The translations under genes were made by a program, and so were the position numbers. Of a DNA stretch of 64,000 nucleotides, positions 29,439 through 44,603 are shown one piece after another. The notes beneath the pieces were generated by a model that worked only from the letters and a program-made list of their open reading frames with translations, did not search any database and was not told the DNA's origin. This DNA comes from Candidatus Latescibacterota bacterium (lineage in GTDB: Bacteria; Latescibacterota; UBA2968; GCA-2709665), in contig OZ241917.1 in NCBI GenBank assembly GCA_965203805.1, forward strand, positions 4,672,001 to 4,736,000. Reading direction: 5' to 3'. Each line of letters begins with the position of its first letter. The first letter of the stretch is position 1.

Positions 29439-29495
29439 ACTTCCCGTGGCGCCTCTCGCGCCTCGCGGATCCACAAGTGACGGAAAGGACGATAA

Positions 29496-31707
<2,212 letters not shown>

Positions 31708-31724
<17 letters not shown>

Positions 31725-33204
31725 ACTGCGACCTGAGCGGCCTGCGCTGGCTCCGGAGAGCCGGATCGACGGGGTCGGGCGCCGCCGCTCCGTTTTTCCC
31801 CTCGTAGACCTTTGCCGCACTCAGTGCTTCCTGGAAGGCGGCCAGTGGCTGATCCGCGCCGGGGTACCGGTCGGCGTGCGTGGGGCCGTTTTCCAGCTTG
31901 AGCACGCCGCGCGGGCAGACGGCCGAGCAGATGCCGCATCCCACGCAGGACGCGCGTACGATGTTTTCGCCGCGCTGGGCGTACGCCCGGACGTCGATGC
32001 CCATCTCGCAGTAGGTGGAGCAGTTGCCGCAGGACATGCACTGGCCGCCGTTGGTGGTGATCCGGAAGCGCGAGAAGAATCGCTGAAAGATGCCCAGAAT
32101 CGCGGCCATGGGGCAGCCGAAGCGGCACCAGACCCTGCTTCCCATCAGCGGATAGAAACCCACGCCGATAACGCCGGAAAACAGGGCCCCGATGTAGAAG
32201 CCGTACGCGCTGGCCAGCGGGCCCGAAAGGCGGCCGAAAACGCGGCCCTCGGTGGCGGAGTTGACCCAGAGCGCGATGGTGGTGACGGTGATGAAGATAA
32301 GGACGGAATAGATGATGCCCCGTTCGATCCGCCACGAGCGGGTTGTCTTGCTGGACAGCTGGCGGAAGGGGTCGCCAAGGGTCTCTGCCAGGCCGCCGCA
32401 GCCGCAGACCCAGGAGCAGTACCAGCGTTTTCCGTAGAAGTAGGTGAGTAACGGCGTGGCAATGAAGGTGGCCACGGCGCCCCAGAAGACCATAAAGACG
32501 CCGAGCGCGCCGGGATGGCTGGTGAGGCTGCCCACGGTGGATGGAAACAGGTAGTCGTATTTGAGCGGCCAGAAGTAGGTGAAATAGAACTCGGGCTGGT
32601 TAAAACTCTTGAGTAGCTGCGGAATGAGAAAGGCGAAGCCGAGCTGGAAGAACATTACGGACGCGGTGCGGATGATCTGGTAACGGTTATGCCGGTACTT
32701 CATGAACATGCGGACGCCGAACACGAGGATGGCGAGCGTGTACAGGAAACCATAGAAGAACCAGCGGTCCGCCGGACCTCCGGCAAGCGCATGGGACAGC
32801 GGGTCCACCAGACGGACGCCGCGCTCCAGGTACTCGGGCCACCAGTAGAGCACAACGTAAAACCCGGTGATGACAATGCCGAGGCCCCATCCCATGAGTC
32901 CCAGATGGGTCGTGCTGCCGAACATGATGCCGTCGTGCTTGATCCCCGGGACGGTGTCCCTGTAGGCGAACCAGAAATACGCGGCGGATCCCAGCACGAT
33001 AAGGCCGAAGCTGAGCAGGATGCCGGCCCAGGTACCCGAGAGCGGACCGAGCAGGGTGACGATGAGCGCCAGGATGCCCAGCGCGACAGCCACAATGGAA
33101 AGCCTCTCCGGCCAGGATGCCGGCTGCGCGGGCTGCGCGGGCGGTTCCTCGAAGCCCAGCGATTCCTCGTCGAAGTCGTAGTCAAGGGTGGCGGTATCGA
33201 TCAT
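31708..33204 (-). CDS. Polytopic 4Fe-4S membrane protein (NapH/YccM-like)
   Basis: [37 protein letters not shown]; several TM helices. Confidence 0.88.
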
Positions 33205-34469
33205 GATATTTGCTCCTTGAGGGCGGGTGCGATTTGGGATTCGTGCCGGTCGAAGAACTCGGGGTCGAAGTTCGCTTCCGCCAGGTGGTCCAGGACGAAG
33301 TCCACCGGGCGCTGTTCCGAAATCCAGCGTTCGCAGACGTCGTGGCGGTAGCGGATGCCCATGAGGTTGACACCGATCACGCCCGCTTCGGTGTATACGA
33401 TACGTACCGACTGCAACTGTTCCGGGTGTCGCCAGAAAAGGTTCCTTTCGCCCGGTACGTTGAGGTTGACGCGGCCGTAGACCTGGTATTCAAGGTCCAG
33501 AAATTTGGCGGAATTATACCAGATGCCCGGATCGTAAGTACGGTCTTCTCCCGCGAGGACGTCGCCCGCGACCTCGCCCTGTTTCTTGCCGGTGTACCAG
33601 ACCTGCTGGAGCAGGTTCCGCTCGCCCCCGGTGACGATTTCGGCACAGTCGCCGGCAGCGTAGATGTCCTGAACACTGGTCCTGAAACTGTGATCGACGA
33701 GAACGCCCCTGCCGGTTGCGATTTCGGAGTCCCGGACCAGATCGATATTCGGAGAAACGCCGGCGGTCAGACCCACAAACTGGCAATCCAGGCGCTCGCC
33801 GTCTTCTGTGACAACGCCGCCGACTCTGCCGTTTCCGTCGTCCAGAATCTCCTTGAGGCTGGTCTTGAGTTTCAGGCCGATGCCCTGTTCCCGGATGATC
33901 TCGTTGATCATTCCGGATTCTTCCATCGGGAGGATGTTGCTCCAGTAAGACGGTTCGCGCACCAGAAAGGTCACGTGAATATTGCGCGAATGCAGCATTT
34001 CGGCGAGTTCGATGCCGATGAGGCCGCCGCCTACGATAACGGCATGGCGGGTTCCGTTCGCATGATCGTAGAGGCTTCGGAGGTCCTGCAGGGAATAGAG
34101 GCCCTGGACGCCTCTCAGGTCCTGTCCCGGCCAGCCGAATTTGTTGGATTTCGAGCCGGATGCGATGAGCAGCTTGTCGAAGTGGAAATCACCGCCGCGG
34201 TGGAGGGTAAGGCATTTCCGGGCGGTGTCGATCCCGGTGACCCAGTCGCGGCGCAGGTCGAGCCGGTTGATGGACCAGAAGTCGTCTTCGAAGGGTTTGG
34301 TTCCCTTGTAGGTCATATGGCCCATGAAGACGTACATCAGGGCCGGCCGCGAATAGTGGTATTTGGACTCACCGGAGATGAGTGTGATGCGCCAGTCGGG
34401 CTGTTTGCGCCGCAGCCGGATTGCCGCGGTCACGCCGGTGACGCCGTTGCCGATGATGGCGACGTGCAC
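33201..34469 (-). CDS. NAD(P)/FAD-dependent oxidoreductase
   Basis: IIGNGVTG, YSRPAL, VGGGLIGIE, YAAGDCAE; GGAGG SD before GTG. Confidence 0.92.
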   Translation of the reverse strand: MHVAIIGNGVTGVTAAIRLRRKQPDWRITLISGESKYHYSRPALMYVFMGHMTYKGTKPFEDDFWSINRLDLRRDWVTGIDTARKCLTLHRGGDFHFDKLLIASGSKSNKFGWPGQDLRGVQGLYSLQDLRSLYDHANGTRHAVIVGGGLIGIELAEMLHSRNIHVTFLVREPSYWSNILPMEESGMINEIIREQGIGLKLKTSLKEILDDGNGRVGGVVTEDGERLDCQFVGLTAGVSPNIDLVRDSEIATGRGVLVDHSFRTSVQDIYAAGDCAEIVTGGERNLLQQVWYTGKKQGEVAGDVLAGEDRTYDPGIWYNSAKFLDLEYQVYGRVNLNVPGERNLFWRHPEQLQSVRIVYTEAGVIGVNLMGIRYRHDVCERWISEQRPVDFVLDHLAEANFDPEFFDRHESQIAPALKEQIS

Positions 34470-34726
34470 GAAGGTTCCTCCCTGGTTTATCCCCTGACGA
34501 CGGAGGTTGGTCACCTGCTGATTCGGCCCGTCGACCGGGGATCCGGTGTGATATGTCGGACAACCGGACGCGCGGGACCGGACCGAAATTAACCAATACG
34601 ACTTGAAAGTCAAGAGCGTATGCTGCCGTCCATTCGGAGGGCGGCTTTATATATTCCAGCGGCGTCCCTTAATTGGCTGACGAACCCGGCTGTGCGCAGG
34701 TTCCATAATCCTTAGAGCACTTACAT

Positions 34727-34810
34727 CATCTCACGTCTCACGTCTTACGTCTACCCAGGGGCAAGGGGCCGGGGGGAGAGGATGAGCTGACCGCTGACTG
34801 CTAATCGCTG
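34727..34810. repeat. Short mosaic of the same repeat modules
   Basis: TCTCACG TCTCACG TCTTACG TCTAC; AAGGGGCCGGGGGGAGAGG; GCTGACC GCTGACT GCTAATC GCTG. Confidence 0.7.
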
Positions 34811-36018
34811 TTCTTTCCCTTAACGTCGGCAAGATCGTATACCCTGAAGGCGCCCCAGTGCACGATCGACGTGGGCGCCTCCTGCGCCTCGATTCCGAGG
34901 CGCTTCTGCATCAGGCTTCGCCTCGCCCTCACGTCTCCCGGATGGAGCGTGATGGTATCGATACCTTCAGCCGGAAGGTTGGCAAAGGAGAATTCGTCTG
35001 ACCCGCCGTGGGTCATCGGTTCGTCATCGATCCGGAGGCGAACCGTTCCGAGCCGGGTATCCCACTCGATCCTGAAACGGTAGACTTTCCCGTCGGCGAC
35101 GTCCACGGCCTGATCGAATTCGGTGATGCCTTCGGCGGTGCAGATGATTATCTTGCCTCTGAGCAACCCGAACTGGATGTTTGCGTACTTGATGATACCC
35201 TGGTTTTCTTCCAGGATGAGGCAGGACTCCAGCGCCGAGTCGGCAGGCTTCATTTCGAATTCGACGGCGCCGGCCTTCAGCCGGGGAATGCGGACCTTGA
35301 CATAGCCGTACTTCGTGGCCGTCTCGAGCCACCGGTGGCCCACCGGGCGCATGACGGTCTCGCAGACGTTGTCGTCCGGCATGCCATCCGGCGGGGGAGC
35401 AACCGGCGCCCAGTGAAGCGGAAAGGTCTCACGGGTTGCCAGGTCGCCGCCCTTATATTCGGCGTACTCCCTCAGGCGGATGAGGCTGCCCGCTTCAGCC
35501 GTCTCCGTGACCAGTTCGATGCTGGCGATTTCCTCAACGTCCGTCCCAATGCATCCGGAAACCTCGACCGGGCTGTTTTCGTCCAGAGTAAACCGGAACT
35601 GATTCAGCACATAATCGAATCCGGAAAAAGTCACGCGATGTTCGTCAGACGGTACGACGTAGGTTGGGCGAATCGCTGGATTGGCGTAGGGTTTGCCGTA
35701 GTGGAAGGTCAGGGACTCGCCGGAGTCGACGGTTCCCCGTTCTCCGGCCAGGTAGATCCGGCCGTCGACGTCGATCCGGCAGTCCAGCGCTATCCGGTTG
35801 CCGGCGCCGTAGAAACGGATGTGGTAGCGTTTGCCAAGTGCGACCCGTGTTCTCAGCGCCACGGCATCCTCCGCGCGCCGGATGGGATTCTCAATTCGAC
35901 GGGAGCAGCGCGCCCGGCCTCGCGAGCCGTCTATCGTGAGGTAGCCGTCCTCACCGAATATACAGGCGCCTCCCTCGCCGCGGTCGTGCCAGCAGAAGTC
36001 CTGTGAGGCAATCAGCAT
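34801..36018 (-). CDS. Hypothetical beta-rich protein (possibly two lectin-like sandwich domains)
   Basis: 405-aa ORF with host-like codon usage and AAGGA SD; no motif recognised. Confidence 0.65.
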   Translation of the reverse strand: MLIASQDFCWHDRGEGGACIFGEDGYLTIDGSRGRARCSRRIENPIRRAEDAVALRTRVALGKRYHIRFYGAGNRIALDCRIDVDGRIYLAGERGTVDSGESLTFHYGKPYANPAIRPTYVVPSDEHRVTFSGFDYVLNQFRFTLDENSPVEVSGCIGTDVEEIASIELVTETAEAGSLIRLREYAEYKGGDLATRETFPLHWAPVAPPPDGMPDDNVCETVMRPVGHRWLETATKYGYVKVRIPRLKAGAVEFEMKPADSALESCLILEENQGIIKYANIQFGLLRGKIIICTAEGITEFDQAVDVADGKVYRFRIEWDTRLGTVRLRIDDEPMTHGGSDEFSFANLPAEGIDTITLHPGDVRARRSLMQKRLGIEAQEAPTSIVHWGAFRVYDLADVKGKNSD

Positions 36019-36180
36019 GGATTCCTTTCCGGGTCGGTGGAGATTCGTGCATATATACGATTTCACGTGACCGAAAAATGATGAATCAAGGTTAATCTTT
36101 CCATGCGAAAATAAGGCGCAGGAGCAGGACGATCAAGGAGGATTGTTCCGGCGCCGACAACAGCGTGAGGAGGGACCGAC

Positions 36181-38871
36181 GTGAACGCGGGCAGTCTGTT
36201 TTACCCTGCGGAGTTGATTGAAAAGGCAAAGCGCAATGCCGAGAACCACGCCTGGGCGAAGCGGTCGCGGGACCGGATCGTGGAGGCGGCGCAACCTTGG
36301 ATGGCGTTCTCTGACGATGAGCTGTGGGACCTGATGTTCGGAAGTACCGTCCGGAGGTCCTGGATGGTCTGGTCCAACGGGCACTGTCCGGCCTGCAAGG
36401 AGGGTGTGCCCATGTACAACTGGCGGATCGAGGCGTTGCGTGTTCCGTGCAAACTTCGATGCCCGCACTGCGGACAGCTGTTTCCCAAGAACGACTTCCA
36501 CGCGTTCTACCGGTCGGGCCTGGACGAGCACGGGGTGTTTCAGCACGGCCTCGCGGACAGATCGCTGCTGTTCAATACCGAGCATCCGGACCCGGACGAC
36601 CCGCTGCACAGGTTCGGCGTGGACGACGGCGAGGGGTACAGAGACGGCGAGAACACCTGGTGGTTTGTCGGGACGTACCTGGTCTACGGCCAATGGAAGC
36701 AGGTCGTACACGGCGGGATCAAGGCGCTCGCGGCGGCGTACGCGGCAACCGGCGACCCGGCGTACGCCCACAAGGCGGGGGTGCTGCTGGACCGCGTGGC
36801 CGATCTGTATACGACGTTCGATTTCAAGGACCAGGCGATGATGTACGAAGGACCGGCCCATGCCGGGTACGTGTCCACCTGGCACGACGCGTGCGAGGAA
36901 GCCCGGGAACTGGCGCAGGCGTACGACCAGGTTCGGGAAGCCCTGCGGGGCGACGAGGCGCTGGCGGGATTCTTGAGCGGGAAGGCTGCGAAGTATGGCA
37001 TCGACGCAAGCAAGGCGTCCCCCGTGGACGTAATGCGCCATATCGAGGAGGGAATCCTGCGGGACACGATCATTAACCACGAACGCATCCGGTCCAACTA
37101 TCCCCGCAAGGAGATCGCTCTGATTACGATACATTCGGTGCTGGACTGGGAGGGAAACCGAGACAAGGTCTACGGGTTGATCGACGAAATGATGGAACGC
37201 GCGACCGCGGTAGACGGCGTGACCGGTGAAAAGGGTCTCGCGGGTTACTGCTCGGGAGTCATTCAGAGCCTGGCGCAATTCCTCGCCCGGTTCAGCCGGG
37301 TCGATCCCGGTTTCCTGCGCGACATGCTGGCGAGGCACCCGAAGCTGAGGCAGACGTACCGGTTTCATATCGACACGTGGTGCCTCCAGCGATACTACCC
37401 GCAGGTGGGCGATACGGGCTCCTTTGCCGCGCAGGTCGAGAAATACGTGGGGGTGTCCTTCTCGGACGACCCCGGACTGGAACCGTCGATGTTCGCATTC
37501 CTGTGGCGTCTCTACCAGGAAACGGGAGATGAGGCCTATGTGCAGGCTTTGTTCCAGTCCAACGGGAATACCGTGGACGAATTGCCGCGGGACCTGTTTG
37601 CGGACGATCCCGAGGGGTTTCAGAGCGACGTGAGGCAGGTGATCGATGCGCGCGGGCCGGAAATCGGACAGGGCAGCGTCAACAAAACGGAGTGGCGGCT
37701 GGCCGTGCTGCGGTCCGGTCGGGGGGACAACCGTCGCGCCGCGTGGCTGGACTACGATTCGGGCGGGCCGCACGGTCACGCGGACGGAATGAACCTGGGC
37801 CTGTTTGCGATGGGCCTGGACCTGATGCCGGATTTCGGATACCCGCCGGTACACTACGGGGGCTGGTCCGGGCCGAAATTCCACTGGTACGTGAGCACCG
37901 CGGGTCACAATACGGTGGTTGTGGACGGCAAGGACCAGGAGCGACCGTCGGATGGAGACGCCACACTTTGGGCCGATGGCGAGTGCTTCAGGGCGATCCG
38001 GGTCGACGGTTCCGCGCTGTACAGGATTCCCCGGTATGAACGCATGGTGGCGATGGTGGATGTTTCGGAGAACAGCAGCTATCTTCTGGACGTATTCCGT
38101 GTGGCGGGCGGGAGAGACCACGCGAAGTTCATGCACAGTCACTTCGGCGCTATTTCGACGCATGGGCTCTCGCTGGCGCCCACCGAGGAATTCGGATACG
38201 AAACGCAGATGCGGAATTTCCGGCGTGATGGACAGCCCGATACCGGGTGGCACGCGGACTGGAAGGTGGAGGACCGGTTCGGATATATCGAGGAGGGCCG
38301 CGACATCCACCTGCGTTATACGGATCTTACAGAAGAAGCGGAGGCTTGTACGGCCGAGGCGTGGGTTGCGCTGCGGGGGTTTGGCGGCAACGAGACCGCA
38401 TGGATTCCCCGGGTGATGGTGCGGCGTCAGTCCGACGACGAGCCGCTGGTATCCGCGTTTATCGGGGTGATCGAAGCCTATGAGGGCGTGCCCTCGGTCT
38501 CGGGCGTTCACCGGCTTTCCATGGAAGGGGAAATTGAACATGGTCGGCAGGTGACGGACGTGGGCGTGGAGATCGATCTCGCGGACGGGCGGCGTGACGT
38601 GATTCTGGTCCGAGACGTGGAAAACACGGTGCCCGACAACGGCCAGATGTTGCGCCGGGACTGGAGCGTGCGCACCGACGGGGAGTTGTGCATGGTGCGC
38701 AGAGGCGACGACGGTTCGGTCTCGAGGATTGCAATTTGTAACGGTAAGAGCGTCCGGGCAGGCGATACCGCGCTGGATTTCGAGAAAAGAACGGAATACG
38801 CGGAGATCGGATTCGAATCCGGTTCTCCGGAGATTCTCGCGGGAAGCGGAGACCTGATTCAACAGGTGTAA
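36181..38871 (+). CDS. Heparinase II/III-like protein with N-terminal CxxC...CxxC
   Basis: CPAC...CPHC..FPKND, DDGEG, HGHADGMNL, DFGY, GHNTVVVDG. Confidence 0.85.
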   Translation: MNAGSLFYPAELIEKAKRNAENHAWAKRSRDRIVEAAQPWMAFSDDELWDLMFGSTVRRSWMVWSNGHCPACKEGVPMYNWRIEALRVPCKLRCPHCGQLFPKNDFHAFYRSGLDEHGVFQHGLADRSLLFNTEHPDPDDPLHRFGVDDGEGYRDGENTWWFVGTYLVYGQWKQVVHGGIKALAAAYAATGDPAYAHKAGVLLDRVADLYTTFDFKDQAMMYEGPAHAGYVSTWHDACEEARELAQAYDQVREALRGDEALAGFLSGKAAKYGIDASKASPVDVMRHIEEGILRDTIINHERIRSNYPRKEIALITIHSVLDWEGNRDKVYGLIDEMMERATAVDGVTGEKGLAGYCSGVIQSLAQFLARFSRVDPGFLRDMLARHPKLRQTYRFHIDTWCLQRYYPQVGDTGSFAAQVEKYVGVSFSDDPGLEPSMFAFLWRLYQETGDEAYVQALFQSNGNTVDELPRDLFADDPEGFQSDVRQVIDARGPEIGQGSVNKTEWRLAVLRSGRGDNRRAAWLDYDSGGPHGHADGMNLGLFAMGLDLMPDFGYPPVHYGGWSGPKFHWYVSTAGHNTVVVDGKDQERPSDGDATLWADGECFRAIRVDGSALYRIPRYERMVAMVDVSENSSYLLDVFRVAGGRDHAKFMHSHFGAISTHGLSLAPTEEFGYETQMRNFRRDGQPDTGWHADWKVEDRFGYIEEGRDIHLRYTDLTEEAEACTAEAWVALRGFGGNETAWIPRVMVRRQSDDEPLVSAFIGVIEAYEGVPSVSGVHRLSMEGEIEHGRQVTDVGVEIDLADGRRDVILVRDVENTVPDNGQMLRRDWSVRTDGELCMVRRGDDGSVSRIAICNGKSVRAGDTALDFEKRTEYAEIGFESGSPEILAGSGDLIQQV

Positions 38872-38894
38872 CCCATTACAGGAGCAACGGGGCT

Positions 38895-40820
38895 ATGGGC
38901 TCGGAACCGGACTACGGTGTTGTTGTCGCCAAAGACGTCATGATTCCCATGCGGGACGGCGTCCGGCTGGCTACGGACGTCTACCGGCCCTCACGCGACG
39001 GCGAACCCGCGTCCGGCAGGTTTCCCGCGATTCTGGGGCGGACGTCGTACGACAAAAGCAGTCCCCTGATGTGGGTGGAGCCGGTTGGCATGTTCTTTGC
39101 AAGGCATGGGTACGTTTCGGTGGTCCAGGACCTGCGGGGCAGGCACCGGTCCGAAGGGACCGGTCAATACTACCATACGGCCAACCCGGGAGAGGGAGAG
39201 GATGGCTACGATACCGTGTCCTGGATTGGGGAACAACCGTGGTCCAACGGTCGCGTGGGCACGGTGGGAAGTTCGCACGGCGCGATCGTTCAGGCGGTGA
39301 TGGCGCTGTACCGCCCGCCGAATCTCGCGGCGATGTGGCAGGACGTGGGCCCGACCAACATGTACGCGCATTGCTCCCGCGAAGGAGGCGCGATGGCGCT
39401 GCATATGTTCGGCGCCCTATTCCTGCACGGGCACGACGCCCAGGAGGTCAGGGACGACCCCATCGCCGTGAAGGCGTTCGCAGATGCCATGGAGCGGATC
39501 AGGGAACTGGTCTACGCCACCCCGTTCACGCCGGGGGACACGCCCCTGAAAGCGGTGCCCAATCTGGAAAAGATACTTTTCGACTACTACCATCGCGGCG
39601 AGTACGACGAGTTCTGGCAGCAGGACTGCTGCGACCAGGAGCGGCATTTTGACCGGCACGGCGATATCCCTTCCGTATTCAGCGGGGGCTGGTACGATCC
39701 GTTCGCGGGGGCGACGACCGGTTATTTCGCGGCGATGTCGAAACAGAACCGGACGCCCCAGCGGCTGTTGATGGGGCCGTGGAACCACGGCGGTATACGA
39801 GGAGAGGGCGATTCATTCGCCGGCGACGTGGATTTCGGACCCGATGCGTCGTGGGGCGACGACGTGTACAACAGGGAGAGGCTCCGGTGGTTCGACCGAT
39901 GGTTGAAGGGTATTGCCAATGACGTGAACGACGACCCTCCCGTGCGAATCTTCGTCATGGGAGGCGGCGACGGGCGCCGCAATGCGGAAGGACGCCTGAA
40001 CCACGGCGGGACCTGGCGCTCGGAGCGGGAGTGGCCGCTCGCGCGGACGGTCTACACGCCGTATTATCTTCGCGACGGAGGCCATCTGAGCGTGGAAATT
40101 CCGGCGGAACGGGAGAGTCGGGCTGATTATCGGCACGACCCCGACAATCCGGTGCCGACCATCGCGGGGAACGTGACCGGCTTTTACGAACTGGTGCCGC
40201 TCGGCGACGGGATGGTGGAGCGATACACGCCCCCGAGAGCGCGGATGCGCAGCATTGTGCTGGACGGAGCCGCGCATCAACAGGAGGCGCCCGGGATCGT
40301 CGGCGCCGCACTGCCGTATCCGCTCCTGGCGTCCCGGGACGACGTGCTGGTCTTTCAAACGGGTCCGCTGGCCGAGGACGTCGAGGTGACCGGCCCGATT
40401 ACGGTAAATCTCTGGATCACTTCCACCGCCGTGGATACGGACTTTACCGCAAAGCTGATCGACGTGTATCCCGCCGGCGACGACTATCCGGCGGGCTATC
40501 ATATGAATCTGGTCGACTCCATCATCCGCACACGCTATCGACACGGGTGGGAGCAAGCGGAAATGATGACGCCGGGCGACGTCTATGCCGTGAAGATCGA
40601 TCTGCCGCCCACGAGTAATCTGTTCAAGCGCCGCCACCGGATCCGGGTGGATATCTCCAGCAGCAATTTTCCACGCTTCGATGTGAATCCGAATACAGGA
40701 GAGCCCGTCGGACGGCATACCCATTCGGTTGTTGCGCGAAATACGGTTTACATGGACCTTGAGCGGCCTTCCCACATCGTCCTGCCGATCATTCCGTTGC
40801 CGGAGGGAAGCAGGCGCTGA
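38895..40820 (+). CDS. CocE/NonD family hydrolase
   Basis: MRDGVRLATD, QDLRGR..SEG, WSNGRVG..GSS, GGWYD, GPWNH, SSSNFPRFD. Confidence 0.95.
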   Translation: MGSEPDYGVVVAKDVMIPMRDGVRLATDVYRPSRDGEPASGRFPAILGRTSYDKSSPLMWVEPVGMFFARHGYVSVVQDLRGRHRSEGTGQYYHTANPGEGEDGYDTVSWIGEQPWSNGRVGTVGSSHGAIVQAVMALYRPPNLAAMWQDVGPTNMYAHCSREGGAMALHMFGALFLHGHDAQEVRDDPIAVKAFADAMERIRELVYATPFTPGDTPLKAVPNLEKILFDYYHRGEYDEFWQQDCCDQERHFDRHGDIPSVFSGGWYDPFAGATTGYFAAMSKQNRTPQRLLMGPWNHGGIRGEGDSFAGDVDFGPDASWGDDVYNRERLRWFDRWLKGIANDVNDDPPVRIFVMGGGDGRRNAEGRLNHGGTWRSEREWPLARTVYTPYYLRDGGHLSVEIPAERESRADYRHDPDNPVPTIAGNVTGFYELVPLGDGMVERYTPPRARMRSIVLDGAAHQQEAPGIVGAALPYPLLASRDDVLVFQTGPLAEDVEVTGPITVNLWITSTAVDTDFTAKLIDVYPAGDDYPAGYHMNLVDSIIRTRYRHGWEQAEMMTPGDVYAVKIDLPPTSNLFKRRHRIRVDISSSNFPRFDVNPNTGEPVGRHTHSVVARNTVYMDLERPSHIVLPIIPLPEGSRR

Positions 40821-40861
40821 CCTGCGAGGACAAAAGGTTTTTTTCATACAGGAGGCTATAG

Positions 40862-41659
40862 ATGGCCACGAGCGAACCGACGGTACAGAGGCTGTTTGAC
40901 TTGAGCGGAAAGGTGGCGCTGGTGACGGGCGGCACCGGGTTTCTGGGGTCCGCGTTCGCCACAGCGCTGGCCGAGGCGGGGGCGAGGGTCGTCATCAGCA
41001 GCAGAGAGCGCAGCCGCGCCGAGGCAGCGGTCGCGACGTTGCCTGGTGACGCCGATCACGTGGGCGTTCGGCTGGACCATATGGATGGGGGATCCATCGA
41101 AGCCGGTTTTGCCGATGCGGTGGAAGCGACCGGACAGATCGACGTTCTGGTCAACAATGGGAACGAGGGCGTGCTGAACGACTGGACCGACGTGACACAC
41201 GAGCAGTTCGCGAGGCAACAGGGGAACGTGGCCGGGTATTTCACGCTTGCCCGGCTGGTGCGAAACGACGCCGTGGAACGCGGAGACCCCGCGAGCATTG
41301 TCATGCTCGGGTCCATGTACGGACAGGTGGCGTCCTATCCGGATTCCTACGCGGGGGTGTGTCCCGCCAGCCCCGCGGCCTATCACGCGCTGAAAGGCGG
41401 GATCATCCACGTGACGCGACACCTCGCGGTCTACTGGGCGGCGGATCGGGTGAGGGTGAATTGTCTGAGCCCGGGGCCGTTTCCCAATATGACCAAAGCG
41501 CCCCACGAAATGGTGGACCGCTTGTGCACGAAGAGCCCGATGGGACGCATGGGGGAACCGCACGAGCTGAAGGGCGCGATCGTGTTTCTCGCAAGTGACG
41601 CCAGCAGTTACATGACCGGCCAGAATATGACTATTGACGGCGGATGGACGGCGTGGTAA
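40862..41659 (+). CDS. SDR family oxidoreductase
   Basis: TGGTGFLG, LVNNG, YHALK, RVNCLSPG. Confidence 0.95.
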   Translation: MATSEPTVQRLFDLSGKVALVTGGTGFLGSAFATALAEAGARVVISSRERSRAEAAVATLPGDADHVGVRLDHMDGGSIEAGFADAVEATGQIDVLVNNGNEGVLNDWTDVTHEQFARQQGNVAGYFTLARLVRNDAVERGDPASIVMLGSMYGQVASYPDSYAGVCPASPAAYHALKGGIIHVTRHLAVYWAADRVRVNCLSPGPFPNMTKAPHEMVDRLCTKSPMGRMGEPHELKGAIVFLASDASSYMTGQNMTIDGGWTAW

Positions 41660-41716
41660 TGTCCGGTCCCGGAAATCAGCTCCCTGAGCTCGACCGCCGC
41701 GTCTGGAGGATCGGAG

Positions 41717-43069
41717 ATGAATGAACAGAACAGGACGACCGCGGCGCATTCTGTCGCCCGCTCGATGGCGGTGTACGAACGGGCGCTGGAACTGATTCCG
41801 GGCGTGACTCAGTTGCTCAGCCGCCGTCCCACGCAGGCGGCTCTGGGTGCGAGCCCGATCTACGCGGCGAGTGCGAAGGGGTGCCGGATCCGGGACGTCG
41901 ACGGCAACGAGTACGTGGATTGGATGAGCGGCGTCGGGCCCATCATACTGGGCTATGCGGACGACGTCGTGGACGCTGCGGTTAAGGAACAGATCGAACG
42001 AGGCGGAATCTGCAGCATCGTACACGAAAGCGCCGTGGAACTGGCGGAAGAACTGGTGCGGCTGATTCCGTCGGCGGAGATGGTGCGTTACGCGAAGGGA
42101 GGGGGCGAGGCGTGTACCGTCGCCGTTCGGATCGCGCGGGGGGTTACGGGAAAGGACAGGGTGCTATTCTGCGGTTATCACGGATGGCACGACTGGTACC
42201 TGGCGGCGAATCTGGGCGAAGAACGGCTCGACGGTCACCTCCGGCCGGGAATCGAACCGATCGGGGTGCCGCGGGTGCTGGAAGGGTCGGCAATCCCGTT
42301 CGAATACGGCGACCTGCAGATGCTGGAGGACCTGCTGAAGGCGAACCGGAACGAAGTGGCCTGCATCATAATGGAGCCGATGCGCACGGAGTTGCCGCCC
42401 CCCGGATACCTGGAAGGGGTGCGCGAGCTGGCAACGAAGTATGGCGTGGTGCTCATTTTTGACGAAGTGTCCTGCGGCTTCCGGATCGCGCTGGGCGGGG
42501 TACAGGAGTTCACGGGCGTGGTGCCGGACCTGTCCGTATTCGCGAAGGCGATATCGAACGGCTATCCCATGGCTGCCGTGGTCGGCAGGCGGGAGGTGAT
42601 GGAGCCGGTTTCCAGGATGTTTATTTCCAGCGCCTACTGGGACGATCCGATCGGGACCGTGGCCGCGCTCACGACGTTGCGGGAACTCGAGCAGCGGGAC
42701 GCGGTCGCCCACTTCGAACGGATCGGAGCGTCTTTCAAGGAGCGGATCAACCGGGCGGCGCGAGAAACGGGCGTAGACGCCGAATGCGTCGGCGTTGCCG
42801 CCCATCCGGGCATCCGGTTTCACGTTGACGACCCCGAGACCGCCCGGAAGGTGACGACGCTGTTCATTCAGGAAAACGCGAAACGGGGACTGATCCTGTC
42901 CACGGGCTTCTTCTTCAATACCGCGCACGACGACGCGGCGCTGGACCATACGGAGGCGGCCGTGCGGGAGAGTTTCGCGGTGATCCGGGATGGATTGGAG
43001 AACCGTCGGCTGGATGCGCTGCTGCAGTGCGAGATGCGGGAGGACCTGTTCAGACGCCTGGTGAGTTGA
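41717..43069 (+). CDS. Class III aminotransferase (glutamate-1-semialdehyde aminomutase-like)
   Basis: DVDGNEYVD, GYHGWHD, LIFDEV..GFR, FAKAISNG. Confidence 0.92.
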   Translation: MNEQNRTTAAHSVARSMAVYERALELIPGVTQLLSRRPTQAALGASPIYAASAKGCRIRDVDGNEYVDWMSGVGPIILGYADDVVDAAVKEQIERGGICSIVHESAVELAEELVRLIPSAEMVRYAKGGGEACTVAVRIARGVTGKDRVLFCGYHGWHDWYLAANLGEERLDGHLRPGIEPIGVPRVLEGSAIPFEYGDLQMLEDLLKANRNEVACIIMEPMRTELPPPGYLEGVRELATKYGVVLIFDEVSCGFRIALGGVQEFTGVVPDLSVFAKAISNGYPMAAVVGRREVMEPVSRMFISSAYWDDPIGTVAALTTLRELEQRDAVAHFERIGASFKERINRAARETGVDAECVGVAAHPGIRFHVDDPETARKVTTLFIQENAKRGLILSTGFFFNTAHDDAALDHTEAAVRESFAVIRDGLENRRLDALLQCEMREDLFRRLVS

Positions 43070-43088
43070 CGGCTGAAAGCATGTCCGG

Positions 43089-44603
<1,515 letters not shown>

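Noticed and set aside
33210-34592. 460-aa plus-strand ORF
   Set aside because: Antisense shadow of the FAD oxidoreductase
36133-38862. 909-aa minus-strand ORF
   Set aside because: Mirror of the heparinase-like gene; no motifs of its own
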